Of a stretch of 64,000 nt of DNA, positions 47,015-57,733 are shown piece by piece (the stretch's first letter is position 1; each line of letters opens with the position of its first letter). Under the pieces are notes generated by a model. The model searched no databases and was not told the DNA's origin. It saw only the letters and a list, made by a program, of their open reading frames with translations. Position numbers and translations under genes: made by a program. This stretch comes from an uncultured Acidobacteriaceae bacterium (lineage in GTDB: Bacteria; Acidobacteriota; Terriglobia; Terriglobales; Acidobacteriaceae): positions 1,468-65,467 of the forward strand of contig CAWGMV010000024.1 of the NCBI GenBank assembly GCA_963823635.1, written 5' to 3'.

Positions 47015-47857
47015 ATGATCACCGACTGCCACATCCACATCCAGCCCATCGAACTATTCAAGCCCGAAGCCCTGGCATTGATGAAGAAGTCCCGCAAGGA
47101 CTTCGACCAGATAGCGGAATACTGCCGCTCCCCGAAGGCGTTCCTCGGCTACCTTGACCACATCGGCGTGGATCGCGCTGTGCTCATCAATTACGTTGCA
47201 CCGGAAGTGATCGGCTTCACTCCGGCCGTCAACGAGTTCGTCGCCAGCTATGTAAAGGAAAATCCCAGGCGGCTGATCCCCTGCGGCAGCGTGCACCCGC
47301 GCCACACGGCGAACGTACTGGCCGACATGGAGCAGATCGCGCGGCTGGGCATCAAGCTCATCAAAATCCATCCGCCGCACCAGTTGCTCTACCCGAACGA
47401 CTACATCAATGGCGTAAAGGAGCTGGAGATTATCTATCGCGCCGCCGAGGCCAATGGGATCCCCATCATGGTGCATACAGGCACCTCGATTTTTCCCGGA
47501 GCGCGCAACAAATATGGCGATCCGATGTACGTGGACGACGTTGCCGTTGACTTTCCCAAGCTGAGGATTCTGCTGGCGCACGGTGGTCGCCCGCTATGGA
47601 TGGATACGGCGTTCTTTCTGGTGCGGCGGCACAAAAACGTCTACCTCGACATCAGCGGCATTCCGCCTAAGACATTGTTGAACTATTTTCCGCGGCTGGA
47701 AGAGATCGCGCACAAGACACTATTCGGCACCGACTGGCCGGGGCCGGGCGTGCCAGAGATAGGGAAGAATCTTCGCGAGTTCCGCACGTTGGGATTGAGT
47801 GAGGTTGCCAAGCAGCAGATTCTGAGCAAAACTGCCCTCGAAATTTGGCCAGCGTAG
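47015..47857 (+). CDS. amidohydrolase_2 (TIM-barrel metal-dependent hydrolase/decarboxylase) family protein
   Basis: 280 aa. The N-terminal metal motif is DCHIH, with later H residues (MVHTG, LAHGG) and D (GTDWP). Confidence 0.8.
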   Translation: MITDCHIHIQPIELFKPEALALMKKSRKDFDQIAEYCRSPKAFLGYLDHIGVDRAVLINYVAPEVIGFTPAVNEFVASYVKENPRRLIPCGSVHPRHTANVLADMEQIARLGIKLIKIHPPHQLLYPNDYINGVKELEIIYRAAEANGIPIMVHTGTSIFPGARNKYGDPMYVDDVAVDFPKLRILLAHGGRPLWMDTAFFLVRRHKNVYLDISGIPPKTLLNYFPRLEEIAHKTLFGTDWPGPGVPEIGKNLREFRTLGLSEVAKQQILSKTALEIWPA

Positions 47858-47892
47858 TCGAAGCCGACCGGTTCGAACTAAGTGAATCAGCC

Positions 47893-48528
47893 TCAGGAGC
47901 CAGTTCGGGCCATGTTTACTGGCGCGGCTTCCTCCACGCCGGCCGCTCTGCGGATTGCTCGCCACAGCTCGTCGCATCCCACCCGCGCCTTTGCCGAGAA
48001 CGCGACGATCTGCTCCAGCGACACCTGCAACTGCTCGCTGAGCTTCGCCAGCGAAGCGCGCAACTGGTTGTTCGAGATGCGATCGGCTTTGGTTGCGACC
48101 ACAATGAAATTCCGTCCCGCATGCTGCAACCAATCCATCAATTGCAAGTCGAGCTGCTGTGGGGGAATCGTGACATCAACCAATGCCAGGCAAAGAACCA
48201 GCGACTCGCGCTTCTCCAGATAAGGATTAACAAAGTCGGCCCACTTCGCTGTGATCTCTTTGGGCACGCGCGCATAACCGTAACCAGGAAGATCAGTAAA
48301 GATGAAATCAGGCTCCGGCTTGCCAGGCCGGCGCACCTGGAAGAAGTTGATGGTCTGAGTGCGACCGGGGGTGTTGCTGGTTTTGGCGATCTTGGTGCCG
48401 ACCAGGGCGTTGATCAAACTTGATTTGCCCACGTTGGAGCGTCCCAGGAAGGCGATCTCAGGCACGCTCGCTGGAGGAAATTGCCTCGGGTCAACCGCCG
48501 CCGTCACGAACCTGGTGAGCACCTTCAT
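47893..48528 (-). CDS. engB: ribosome-biogenesis GTPase YihA/EngB
   Basis: Start taken at the ATG at 48528. G1 GRSNVGKSSLIN, G3 DLPGYGYA, G4 TKAD. Confidence 0.88.
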   Translation of the reverse strand: MKVLTRFVTAAVDPRQFPPASVPEIAFLGRSNVGKSSLINALVGTKIAKTSNTPGRTQTINFFQVRRPGKPEPDFIFTDLPGYGYARVPKEITAKWADFVNPYLEKRESLVLCLALVDVTIPPQQLDLQLMDWLQHAGRNFIVVATKADRISNNQLRASLAKLSEQLQVSLEQIVAFSAKARVGCDELWRAIRRAAGVEEAAPVNMARTGS

Positions 48529-48697
48529 GGAGCCGCTATGGATGGTCCTTTCGCACAGATTGAGAAGGAGCGCTGGGCCTGCGAGTTGCCTAAGGTTTCC
48601 GCTCAGCGACGTGAAATTATCGCCGAATTTCTTGCAGTTGTGGCTAAGCCGGTTCTTGCTGCAGCTCGCGGCCAACGAGCCAAGGCACAGAGCGTGG

Positions 48698-51109
48698 TTA
48701 CTGGTGCGCCGTCGGGGCCTGTTCCGGAGTTGGCGGCGGCAGCGCCCCAATTCCTGGCGGCTCATCGGCGACATCGGGCAAAGGATGCTCCAAGGCGAAG
48801 GCCAGCACTTCGTCCATGGTGTTGACGAAGCGCAGCTTCATGACATTACGCAGGTTTTCTGGTACATCCGCCAGGTCCTTCTGGTTGTCGGCCGGAAGCA
48901 GAACTTCCAGAATACCGGCGCGGTGCGCGGCCAGCAGCTTCTCCTTCAGGCCACCAATGGGCAATACCTTGCCGCGAAGCGTGATCTCGCCCGTCATTGC
49001 CACGTCGCGACGCACCGGAATCCGGCTCAATGCGCTGGCGATTGCCGTAGCCATGGTGATGCCCGCGGAAGGTCCGTCCTTCGGAATCGCTCCCTCCGGC
49101 ACGTGCACGTGGATGTCGAGGTTGCGATAGAAGTCGCGCGGCAGTCCCAGCCGATGCGCACGTGAACGCACATACGACATGGCGGCCTGCGCCGACTCCT
49201 GCATCACGTCACCGAGCTTGCCAGTAAGCGTAAGCTTGCCTTTGCCATCCACAGTGGCAACTTCGGTGGTAAGGATAGAGCCGCCCACCTCGGTCCAGGC
49301 CAAGCCGGTGACGATGCCGATTTCGCTGCGCTCATGGATCTCGCTGTCGCGGAACTTGATTACGCCGAGGTATTCACCCACATTGTTCGCGGTGAGCGTC
49401 AGGGTAAACGTCCCGCCTTCTTTCACCACCTTGCGCGCGACTTTGCGGCAGATGTTGCCGATCTCGCGCTCCAGGTTGCGCACGCCGGCTTCGCGAGTGT
49501 AATTGCGGATAATCGCTGTAAGCGCATCGTCGGTGAAAACGATATTCTGCTCGGTTAGGCCGGCCTGCTGGCGCTGCTTGCGCACCAGATATTGCTTGGC
49601 GATCTCGACCTTCTCCGGCTCAGTGTAGCCATGCAGCCGCAACACTTCCATGCGGTCCTGTAATGCCGGAGGAATCGTATGCAGCACATTCGCGGTGGCA
49701 ATGAAAAATACCTGCGACAGGTCGTATTCCACGTCCAGGTAGTGGTCCACGAACATGTAGTTCTGCTCGGGATCGAGCACCTCCAGCAGCGCCGACGACG
49801 GATCGCCGCGGAAGTCCATGGACATCTTGTCCACTTCATCCAGCATGAAAACGGGATTCTTGGTGCCGGCCTTCTTCATCATTTGGATGATCTGGCCGGG
49901 CAGCGCACCGATATAAGTGCGACGATGTCCACGAATCTCCGCTTCATCACGCACGCCGCCCAGCGACATGCGGACAAACTTGCGCCCGGTCGCGCGGGCG
50001 ATGCTCATTCCCAGCGAGGTCTTGCCCACGCCTGGAGGTCCGACGAAGCATAGGATGGAGCCCTTCGGGTTCTTTACCAGTTGCCGGACGGCCAGGAATT
50101 CCAGGATGCGTTCCTTGATCTTTTCCAGACCATAATGATCTTCGTTCAGCGTCTTCTCCGCGACATCGATGTTGCGGATTTCTTTGGAGCGCTTCTTCCA
50201 AGGCACCGCCAACAGCCAGTCAAGATAGTTGCGCGACACCGTGGACTCGGCCGACATGGGCGGCATCGCTTCCAGCTTCTTCAGCTCCTGGAGTGCCTTC
50301 TCGTGTGTGTCACGCGGCATGCCGGCGGCATCAATCTTTTTCTTCAGCTCGTCGAACTCACTCTTTTCGCCGCGGCCCAACTCTTTCTGGATAGCCTTAA
50401 TCTTCTCGTTGAGGTAATACTCTTTCTGGGCGCGCTCCATCTGGCGCTTTACGCGTCCCTGGATGGTGCGATCCATGTTGAGCTTCTCGATTTCGACGTC
50501 CAGCACGTCGCCAATCCGGTTCAGTCGCTCGGCGGGATCGAAGATTTCCAGCAGCTCCTGCTTCTCCTCAATGGAAAGCTGCAGGTTGGCGGCGATGGTG
50601 TCGGTGAGCTTCGCCGGATCATCATTGCGGACGGCGGCAATCATGGTCTCGTAATTCAGCGACTGGCAAAGCTTTACATACTGCTCGAACAGGCCGGTCA
50701 CGCGCTGCATGGCGACTTCGACCTCGGGCGCAGGCTCTGGGGTGTACTTCGCGGTGCGCACGGTAGCTTCGAAATATCCTTCGGTATCCACGACCTGCAG
50801 GATCTTGCCGCGCTCCAGGCCTTCCACGAGGACCTTGATGTTGCCGTCGGGCAGCTTCAGGCTCTGCACGATGTTGACAATGGTGCCGACCTGGAAAATT
50901 TCGTGGGGCTTGGGCTCATCAATGCTGGCGTCATGCTGCGTGGCCAGAAAGATCCGCTTATCACCGGCCAGGGCCTCTTCCAGTGCCCGCACGCTCGACT
51001 CCCGCCCGACCACGAACGGCGTCATCATGAAGGGGAAGATCACGACGTCCCGTATCGGCATCATGGGGAGTTTCTTAGTCTCGAACTTTTCGCGCTGGGT
51101 CACTAACAC
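48698..51109 (-). CDS. lon: ATP-dependent Lon protease
   Basis: 803 aa. Walker [10 protein letters not shown] and the catalytic Ser motif PKDGPSAGI. The N-terminal region is [15 protein letters not shown]. Confidence 0.95.
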   Translation of the reverse strand: MLVTQREKFETKKLPMMPIRDVVIFPFMMTPFVVGRESSVRALEEALAGDKRIFLATQHDASIDEPKPHEIFQVGTIVNIVQSLKLPDGNIKVLVEGLERGKILQVVDTEGYFEATVRTAKYTPEPAPEVEVAMQRVTGLFEQYVKLCQSLNYETMIAAVRNDDPAKLTDTIAANLQLSIEEKQELLEIFDPAERLNRIGDVLDVEIEKLNMDRTIQGRVKRQMERAQKEYYLNEKIKAIQKELGRGEKSEFDELKKKIDAAGMPRDTHEKALQELKKLEAMPPMSAESTVSRNYLDWLLAVPWKKRSKEIRNIDVAEKTLNEDHYGLEKIKERILEFLAVRQLVKNPKGSILCFVGPPGVGKTSLGMSIARATGRKFVRMSLGGVRDEAEIRGHRRTYIGALPGQIIQMMKKAGTKNPVFMLDEVDKMSMDFRGDPSSALLEVLDPEQNYMFVDHYLDVEYDLSQVFFIATANVLHTIPPALQDRMEVLRLHGYTEPEKVEIAKQYLVRKQRQQAGLTEQNIVFTDDALTAIIRNYTREAGVRNLEREIGNICRKVARKVVKEGGTFTLTLTANNVGEYLGVIKFRDSEIHERSEIGIVTGLAWTEVGGSILTTEVATVDGKGKLTLTGKLGDVMQESAQAAMSYVRSRAHRLGLPRDFYRNLDIHVHVPEGAIPKDGPSAGITMATAIASALSRIPVRRDVAMTGEITLRGKVLPIGGLKEKLLAAHRAGILEVLLPADNQKDLADVPENLRNVMKLRFVNTMDEVLAFALEHPLPDVADEPPGIGALPPPTPEQAPTAHQ

Positions 51110-51251
51110 CGCCTTGTCATTCGAAATCGCTCATCGGCTTCGAGCCGGAGCATCGAGTTCGCTGCCGCCGGGCACACAAACATCCACGAGTACAGAGTTA
51201 TTTTAAGGATAACATGCGCTGGAAGGGTAAAGCCGGCCTTCTCCTGGTTGA

Positions 51252-51416
51252 TTAGCCAGAAGTGGCGCTCCTCGATATTCCGGGTGGGGCAACCTCGAAT
51301 TTCATGCTTACTACGTCGGGACCTTTGCCAGTGTAGGTCAGACGAAAAGACGGTACTTCCGCTTCAGGTTCGGTCAGGAAAGTCGCGGTCGCTGCGGACT
51401 TTCTTTTGAACTCCAT
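51252..51416 (-). CDS. possible small protein (54 aa)
   Basis: The ATG at 51416 lies 9 nt after AGGAG and immediately downstream of the clpX terminator. No family recognised. It could be non-coding. Confidence 0.3.
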   Translation of the reverse strand: MEFKRKSAATATFLTEPEAEVPSFRLTYTGKGPDVVSMKFEVAPPGISRSATSG

Positions 51417-51458
51417 CGCGGCATAGCTCCTGTCTGAACGACCCCTGCCGCGGCAGCA

Positions 51459-51489
51459 GAAAAACAAACAGCGCGACCGAAGCCGCGCT
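51459..51489 (-). terminator. rho-independent terminator after clpX
   Basis: On the minus strand, the stem AGCGCGGC/GTCGCGCT has one mismatch and the loop TTCG. It is followed by GTTTGTTTTTC. Confidence 0.6.
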
Positions 51490-51517
51490 ATTCCTCAATT
51501 CGGTACTGGGGCGTGCG

Positions 51518-52789
51518 CTATCCCGCCTTCTCCATCAGCGGCATACTTACGTTGCGTGTCTTCACCATGTCGGCGGTGACTTCGAACTCCCTTACCCGCC
51601 GCTGGCTAGGCAAGTTATACATGAGATCGAGCATCAGCTCTTCCAGGATCATGCGCAGTCCGCGGGCGCCGACCTTGCGCGACATGGCTTCTGTGGAGAT
51701 GCATCGCAGGGCATCGTCAGTGAAACGGAGTTTTACGTTCTCGAACTCAAACAGCCGCTGATACTGTTTCACGATGGCGTTCTTCGGCTTGGTCAGGATT
51801 TCAATGAGCGCGTCTTCGTCCAAATCGTTGAGGACGCCCACCACCGGCATGCGGCCGACGAACTCAGGGATCAGTCCAAACTTGATGAGGTCCTGCGGTT
51901 CAACCTTTGAGAGTAATTCCGTATCGCGTTTGTTGCTTTCGGTAAAGGCCGCCTCCTTGGTTTCGTCGGTACGAAATCCCATGGAGCGCTTGCCCATCCT
52001 TCGGCCGATTATGCGTTCCAGGCCGACAAATGCCCCGCCGCAGATAAAAAGGATGTTGGTGGTGTCAACCGGGGTAAATTCCTGATGGGGATGTTTGCGT
52101 CCGCCCTGCGGAGGCACATTCGCCACCGTGCCTTCCAGGATCTTCAGCAGCGCCTGCTGCACACCTTCACCGGAAACGTCACGCGTGATGGATGGGTTCT
52201 CGTCCTTGCGCCCGATCTTGTCCACTTCGTCGATGTAAATGATGCCGGTCTGCGCTCGGGCCACATCGCCTTCCGCGGCCTGCAGCAGCTTGAGAATGAT
52301 GTTCTCCACATCCTCGCCCACGTAGCCGGCTTCGGTGAGGGTGGTAGCGTCCACAATGGCGAAGGGCACGTCCAGCATCTTGGCCAGGGTCTGCGCCAGC
52401 AGCGTCTTGCCCGTCCCGGTCGGCCCAATGAGCATGATGTTCGACTTGGCCAACTCCACTTCGCCGCCGCGTTGGCGGTTCATGTACACCCGCTTGTAGT
52501 GGTTGTAAACCGCAACGGCGAGCTTCTTCTTGGTTTGTTGTTGGCCGATGACGTATTCGTCAAGGAACGACTTTACTTCAGCCGGCTTGGGCAGCTGGTT
52601 GGGCGTCGCAACCGGCGCAGTCTCCGACCGGTCATCTTCCAGAATGGAATTGCAGACGGCAACGCACTCATCGCAGATGTAGGCGCGGGGATAATCCGTG
52701 GGCGACGAAATCAGCTTGGTGACAGCGTCTTGCGACTTGTGGCAGAACGAACAGCGGAACGTTTCATCAGGACCGGTCCTGGTTCTCAC
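51518..52789 (-). CDS. clpX: ATP-dependent Clp protease ATP-binding subunit ClpX
   Basis: 423 aa. Zinc finger CSFCHK..CDEC, Walker A GPTGTGKT, and IGF-like loop region. Confidence 0.95.
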   Translation of the reverse strand: MRTRTGPDETFRCSFCHKSQDAVTKLISSPTDYPRAYICDECVAVCNSILEDDRSETAPVATPNQLPKPAEVKSFLDEYVIGQQQTKKKLAVAVYNHYKRVYMNRQRGGEVELAKSNIMLIGPTGTGKTLLAQTLAKMLDVPFAIVDATTLTEAGYVGEDVENIILKLLQAAEGDVARAQTGIIYIDEVDKIGRKDENPSITRDVSGEGVQQALLKILEGTVANVPPQGGRKHPHQEFTPVDTTNILFICGGAFVGLERIIGRRMGKRSMGFRTDETKEAAFTESNKRDTELLSKVEPQDLIKFGLIPEFVGRMPVVGVLNDLDEDALIEILTKPKNAIVKQYQRLFEFENVKLRFTDDALRCISTEAMSRKVGARGLRMILEELMLDLMYNLPSQRRVREFEVTADMVKTRNVSMPLMEKAG

Positions 52790-53046
52790 AGCAAAACTCC
52801 TTCACATCACACGTTGACAGCCGAAACTCCGCATTTCGTGCCGCCCTTCCCCGGGTTCCCTCCAGGCAGGAGCCGTGTTGCTCCTGTTGAGTAAGGTTGC
52901 CACCCTCGGCCAGTTGGTCAACCTCGACAGCCTTCATTGCTTTCGTGTCGTGAAGCTATTGAACCACAATTTCAACGCGTTGCAAGCTGACGTTAGTGCC
53001 ATATCAGGTACAACTTTGGAAGCACAGTAAGCAGAATTTTCATACT

Positions 53047-53631
53047 TCACTTGTGCTTGAAAATAATATCGTCGACGATGCCGTACTCTTTCGCCTGGTA
53101 AGCGTTCATGATGAAATCACGTTCGACGTCGCGCTCCACCTTCTCCAGTGGCTGGCCGCTATGCTTGGACAACAACTGGTTGGTAATCTCGCGCATGCGC
53201 AGAATTTCGCGCGCGTGGATATCAATGTCCGTTGCCTGCCCCGAAAGCCCTGACATCAGCGGCTGATGGATCAGAATGCGCGAGGTGGGCAGGGCGAACC
53301 GCTTCTTCGGAGCACCGCCCGCCAGCAGCGTCGCCGCCATGCTGGCTGCTTGGCCGATGCATATGGTGGTTACATCCGGACGAATGAACTGCATGGTGTC
53401 ATAAATCGCCATGCCCGCCGTAATCGAGCCGCCCGGTGAATTGATGTACAGCGAAATGTCTTTTTCCGGATCTTCCGCTTCCAGAAACAGCATTTGTGCG
53501 ATGATCAGGTTGGCGACATTGTCATCAATAGGAGTGCCAAGAAAAATAATATTGTCCCGCAACAGCCGGGAATAAATGTCGTAGGCCCGCTCGCCCCTGC
53601 TGGTTTGCTCAACTACCATGGGCACAAGCAT
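53047..53631 (-). CDS. clpP: ATP-dependent Clp protease proteolytic subunit
   Basis: 194 aa. The catalytic Ser context is GQAASMAA and the His context is IHQP. Confidence 0.95.
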   Translation of the reverse strand: MLVPMVVEQTSRGERAYDIYSRLLRDNIIFLGTPIDDNVANLIIAQMLFLEAEDPEKDISLYINSPGGSITAGMAIYDTMQFIRPDVTTICIGQAASMAATLLAGGAPKKRFALPTSRILIHQPLMSGLSGQATDIDIHAREILRMREITNQLLSKHSGQPLEKVERDVERDFIMNAYQAKEYGIVDDIIFKHK

Positions 53632-53728
53632 CGGTTTGCAGCTCCTTCCTTGGTTACAACCCTTACTGCGCTAGGTTAGGACTTCCACTGCCGACTCTCG
53701 ATGGCACAAGCATGCATGTGCCAGCCGC

Positions 53729-55036
53729 CTAGGAAAAGCTGCGATACAGAGAGTCCAAGGTCTTTTCATTGCGGATGCGATGCCGCATTCTATCCAGCGC
53801 CTCATCCCGATTCAAACGCCCGCGCACTTCTTCCACCGACTGCTTCGATTGCTTCGCCAGAGCCTGCAACTCGCGCTCAAATTCTTCGTCGCTGACTTCA
53901 ATTTTCTCGTCGTCAGCAATCTTCTCCAGAATTAGCGATGCCTTCACCTCGCGCAGCGCGGCCTCGCGCTGGCCCGCGCGCAGACGCCCGAAGTCCATGC
54001 GCTTCATGTCCTCCGTCTTCATGCCTTGCGCAGCCAAAGCGCGCAATCCGCGCTCCAGGCGTTGATCAATCGCCTGGTCCAGCATGGAATCGGGAACCGG
54101 GAAGTCGTTCCGTTTTACCAGTTCCTCGACGATCTGATCTTTGCCGCGATGCTCGGCCTCATGCGCCTTTTCCGCCTTCATGTTCTCGCGCAGGCGAGTA
54201 CGAAGCTCATCCAATGTGCTGAACTCGGTGCCCAACTCCTTTGCGAAATCATCATTGAGCTCGGGGACGCTACGAGTCTTAATGCCCTTGACGTCCACCT
54301 CGTAGCTCATCGTCTTACCCGCGAGACGTTTGTCGGCGAAGTCGTCGGCATATTTCACTGCAAATGTCCGCTGTTCGCCGGGCTTGGCGCCGCGCAGCTT
54401 CTCGGTGAATTCGGGAATCGTATCCTGGCCGCCGATCTCGACCATCACCTCATCCACTTCCACAGGCTTTGCGTCCGCCTCGCCCTCCTGGGGCGTGCCT
54501 TTGAACCCGACGACGGCGAAGTCCCCGTCGGCCAGCGGACGCTCCTCTTCCACCGGGCTGTACGTCGCCTGCTGTTGCCGCAGGTTGTTAAGCGCGTGCT
54601 CAACCTCTTCCTCGGTTACTTCGGTTGGAAATTTCTCAACCCGAAGGTCCTCGTATGCGGCGAGCTTGAACTCCGGCAGTATCTCGAAGCTGGCCTTGAA
54701 GGTCAGTGGCTCGCCCTGATTCAGGTGCAAGTCAGTCACCCGCGGCTGCGAAACCGGCTGCAGATTCTGCTTTTGCGTTGCCTCGCGAAAGTAGCGTGGC
54801 ACCAGGGCCTCGACAATCTCGCTCTTGATCTCGTCGGCGAAGCGCTGACGAACGATAGAGGCGGGCACCTTGCCCCGGCGAAAGCCCGGGACTCGCGCCA
54901 GCTTTTGAAAGCGGGCCAGCACGGCGTCTGATTCCGCAGTGACAACCTCAGCCGGAATTTCGACTGCGATTTCGCGCTTGCAGGGGTTGCCTTGTTCAGA
55001 GGAGGGGATGTCCGTCGTGGTGGTTTCAGTGGTCAA
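53729..55036 (-). CDS. tig: trigger factor
   Basis: 435 aa. The ribosome-binding motif region is GFRRGKVP, followed by an FKBP-like middle domain. It sits in the conserved tig-clpP-clpX-lon order. Confidence 0.92.
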   Translation of the reverse strand: MTTETTTTDIPSSEQGNPCKREIAVEIPAEVVTAESDAVLARFQKLARVPGFRRGKVPASIVRQRFADEIKSEIVEALVPRYFREATQKQNLQPVSQPRVTDLHLNQGEPLTFKASFEILPEFKLAAYEDLRVEKFPTEVTEEEVEHALNNLRQQQATYSPVEEERPLADGDFAVVGFKGTPQEGEADAKPVEVDEVMVEIGGQDTIPEFTEKLRGAKPGEQRTFAVKYADDFADKRLAGKTMSYEVDVKGIKTRSVPELNDDFAKELGTEFSTLDELRTRLRENMKAEKAHEAEHRGKDQIVEELVKRNDFPVPDSMLDQAIDQRLERGLRALAAQGMKTEDMKRMDFGRLRAGQREAALREVKASLILEKIADDEKIEVSDEEFERELQALAKQSKQSVEEVRGRLNRDEALDRMRHRIRNEKTLDSLYRSFS

Positions 55037-55254
55037 GCGCTCGCCTTCGAAGGTGCTGGAAGTTCGTACTAACAGATCAGCTCTACAGCCAGGAGGACGA
55101 GAAGTCTATCAGAGCTTCGCTTATCGGCTGATCCTGCGCTAAAAGGGCCGGGATGTCCAACCTGGCTGCAACCCTTCAGTTTAGGAGACGCACGCGGGCG
55201 GGTCAAATGGGCGGGAGCGGAAAGCGGCTGCTTTTATTCGGCTCCGGACCGGAC

Positions 55255-55878
55255 TTATTCGAGGTCGCCTTCGTGGTCGCCGGAAACCGTAATTACCTTT
55301 ACCTCTGGCAGGTTGTGGTCCCACCACCCCGGGGCGCTTGGCACCAAAATCCGAAAGGGCCGGCTCTCATCCGGTTCGATGGGGTCGCCGCTGAAGTCCT
55401 TTGACACACCCGGGTCGGGTGGTGCGGTCATACTTAGAATAGGCTTCTGAATCGTGGAAATCTTCTTGCCTGTCCGGTCCTTAAACGTTAGCTGAACAAT
55501 GGCTCCGGTAATGTGATGGTTCCCGTCATTCCTGACCCAGCCGCGGAGTTCCAGCGGTCCGTTCCCAGTCGCTTGGCTGATTTGGAGGTCACTGACCTGC
55601 ACTTCCGCCTGCATTCCTTCACCGTCTGCTGGATCCACGCCGTCAACCGGGGTATGCACCCTGGTACGCTGAGGCGTCCGCGAGGCGTAATAGAACATGC
55701 CAGTCACGATCAGCAGAGCGATGACAGCGGCAACTATGCGCGGGCCAGTAATTGCCGGGCGCAGCAGCACCCCACGCCTAACCACAGCCGGACGCAGCTC
55801 CCTTCCCCTCCGCAACAGGGACGCTTTCCCTTCCGCTTGCAGCGAAATGGGCAGATTGCCAGCCATAAGAACTTGCAA
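55255..55878 (-). CDS. hypothetical single-pass membrane protein with beta-rich ectodomain
   Basis: 207 aa with the TM segment IVAAVIALLIVTGMFYY. No family confidently recognised. Confidence 0.55.
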   Translation of the reverse strand: MQVLMAGNLPISLQAEGKASLLRRGRELRPAVVRRGVLLRPAITGPRIVAAVIALLIVTGMFYYASRTPQRTRVHTPVDGVDPADGEGMQAEVQVSDLQISQATGNGPLELRGWVRNDGNHHITGAIVQLTFKDRTGKKISTIQKPILSMTAPPDPGVSKDFSGDPIEPDESRPFRILVPSAPGWWDHNLPEVKVITVSGDHEGDLE

Positions 55879-55984
55879 TATTTGGATGATTCAGGCAGCG
55901 AAGAGGGTGGTTAATATTAAGCTGAAATGCAGCTTTAGATTGCTCGGTCAGATGAGAAAGGGCTTGCGCGGCTTGTGCCGCCAC

Positions 55985-57364
55985 TTACTGCCCCGCTGCA
56001 TTTTGTCCTGGGCTGGACGTGATGCTGCGAGCCTTGGTAATCGTAGTAACTTTTGACAGCTGCTGTTGAGGCCGTGCTCGATCAAAAGAATCCAGCAGCG
56101 TGGCCGAGCGCAGTTGGTTCACCTCAACCCAAGTCTTGCGCCAACACTCGGTATTGCAACGATCGATGCGCGACTCCTGCTTGACATCTCCCCCATGATC
56201 GAAAAACCCGAGAACATTCTGTCGCAGCGCCTCGTCGGTGTGTTCGAAGTGATCACTGGCCAGCTTGGCGAGCAGTTCGCGGTAAGTGGCGTCGGCCAGC
56301 GGATACTCGCCCCGCGCGGTCGACTTGCCGGTATCGAGATCGACATTGGGCGCTTGCACTTCGTGACTCTTCAGCTCAGTCAGCTCCGTACGGAAATGGC
56401 TAAACGTCTGGTCCACGCTCTTGAAGTACAAGTCTTCTGTCTTCGGGCTCGGTTCCTTGAAGTCCAGATCGCGTAGCGGCCCGACCTTAGGCAGAATCTT
56501 GAAGAAGAAGGCCAGCAAACGCGCCCCGAAGCCCGGCTTCTCGTACTCTGAACCCCACGACTTGCGGTAATCCGCCTCCGACAGGTGATAGAGGAAAGCC
56601 TTGCGGCTGAAGTCTGGAATTTCACGTTGCAGCTCATCGCCCTTGGCTGCCAGCGCGACTTTTGTCATCTCCGGGATGACCTGGCTTACAGCGCGCCTGT
56701 AGGTGCCAATGGCCAGATCCTCATGCGGCATGACTCCCGTCAGCTTGATCCCGTAGGTGTCGTAGAAGGCGCGCTCCAACAGTGGAATCGAAACTTCAAA
56801 GCCAATAAAGTTGTGGTAATCCTTGGGAGCATAACGTCCCTTGGCAACTTGCAAGACATCAAAGCCGAACTCTGTCCGCAGATGTGCCTTGTGGTCCACA
56901 TCGTAAGGGACCTCCGGTCCATACTCCCGCGCGAGCTTGGGATAGTCAATTCCCACCGACCGGTTGATGTAGGGATGACCGTTAATATCGGCAACGTAAT
57001 GTGACAGCGCTCCTAGAGCGAAGGCGTATTCGTTCAGGTTTTCGGAATCAGCGAGCATGGCCTGCACGAAATCGCCGGTGCGCACGTAATGGGTAAGATC
57101 GCTGAAAAGGTGGCTGCCAAATGGGTAATAACCAACGTCCTGGATGACGCTTCCGCCGTATGCATAGGCGTGTGCCTGGATCAGGTCATCTGGCGTGGCA
57201 CCCGGAAAGCGTGCCAGTAGCAGCGGCTTAATCTGCTGGTCCCAGAGCAGGTCAATGATTTCTTCGTGAGTCAACACCGAATAGGCAGCACAAGTCTGCG
57301 CCGCTATAAGCAGGCAGACGGTCATCGCCGCACACCACCGCGTCAGTCGCCAGCGGGAAGTCAT
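55985..57364 (-). CDS. zinc-dependent phospholipase C family protein
   Basis: 459 aa. The signal peptide is followed by YSVLTHEEI, and further His/Asp motifs (HAYAYGG, HYVADINGH) match the zinc PLC/S1-P1 nuclease-like fold family. Confidence 0.75.
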   Translation of the reverse strand: MTSRWRLTRWCAAMTVCLLIAAQTCAAYSVLTHEEIIDLLWDQQIKPLLLARFPGATPDDLIQAHAYAYGGSVIQDVGYYPFGSHLFSDLTHYVRTGDFVQAMLADSENLNEYAFALGALSHYVADINGHPYINRSVGIDYPKLAREYGPEVPYDVDHKAHLRTEFGFDVLQVAKGRYAPKDYHNFIGFEVSIPLLERAFYDTYGIKLTGVMPHEDLAIGTYRRAVSQVIPEMTKVALAAKGDELQREIPDFSRKAFLYHLSEADYRKSWGSEYEKPGFGARLLAFFFKILPKVGPLRDLDFKEPSPKTEDLYFKSVDQTFSHFRTELTELKSHEVQAPNVDLDTGKSTARGEYPLADATYRELLAKLASDHFEHTDEALRQNVLGFFDHGGDVKQESRIDRCNTECWRKTWVEVNQLRSATLLDSFDRARPQQQLSKVTTITKARSITSSPGQNAAGQ

Positions 57365-57389
57365 TGATCTTGCTCGGAAGGGGATCTAC

Positions 57390-57542
57390 TCAAATGCGGC
57401 CCAGCAGTAACAGGACGATAAGGATTACAAGTACCACCCCCAGGCCGCTGGAAGGGTAGTAGCCCCAGCCGCGGCTGTAAGGCCAGACGGGAAACGAGCC
57501 GACTGACAGCAGCAGAAGAATAATCAGCAAAATAACCAGCAT
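57390..57542 (-). CDS. DUF3309-like small membrane protein
   Basis: The ATG at 57542 follows GAGGAGG. The 50-aa product is MLVILLIILLLLSVGSFPVWPYSRGWGYYPSSGLGVVLVILIVLLLLGRI. Confidence 0.6.
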   Translation of the reverse strand: MLVILLIILLLLSVGSFPVWPYSRGWGYYPSSGLGVVLVILIVLLLLGRI

Positions 57543-57733
57543 ACCCACAACCTCCTCGGTCGCCCTTCGCCTCGTTGCTGATGCCGGGCACCGGTATCTA
57601 AGAAGCAGGTATTGGCTATGCGGGATGCCTTTAGAAAAAGCCTTATTAGCGGCTGTTGTAGCGGATACCCTCCTGGGGATGAGCACCCGGCCAGCCGAGT
57701 GTAGAACCCTAGTGCATTGTGTAAAGTTGAGTC

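Noticed and set aside
50081-51106. 341-aa + strand ORF inside lon, with similar long antisense ORFs in the histidine kinase (34469-35488), tig (54026-54931) and the Mo subunit (43653-44570)
   Set aside because: All are in the codon-complementary frame of well-supported genes. Their translations are compositionally biased and lack motifs.
55037-55254. Looked for the tRNA gene that often precedes tig
   Set aside because: There is no T-arm (GGTTCGAATCC-like) or cloverleaf-compatible sequence on either strand. No tRNA or rRNA signature was seen anywhere in the window.
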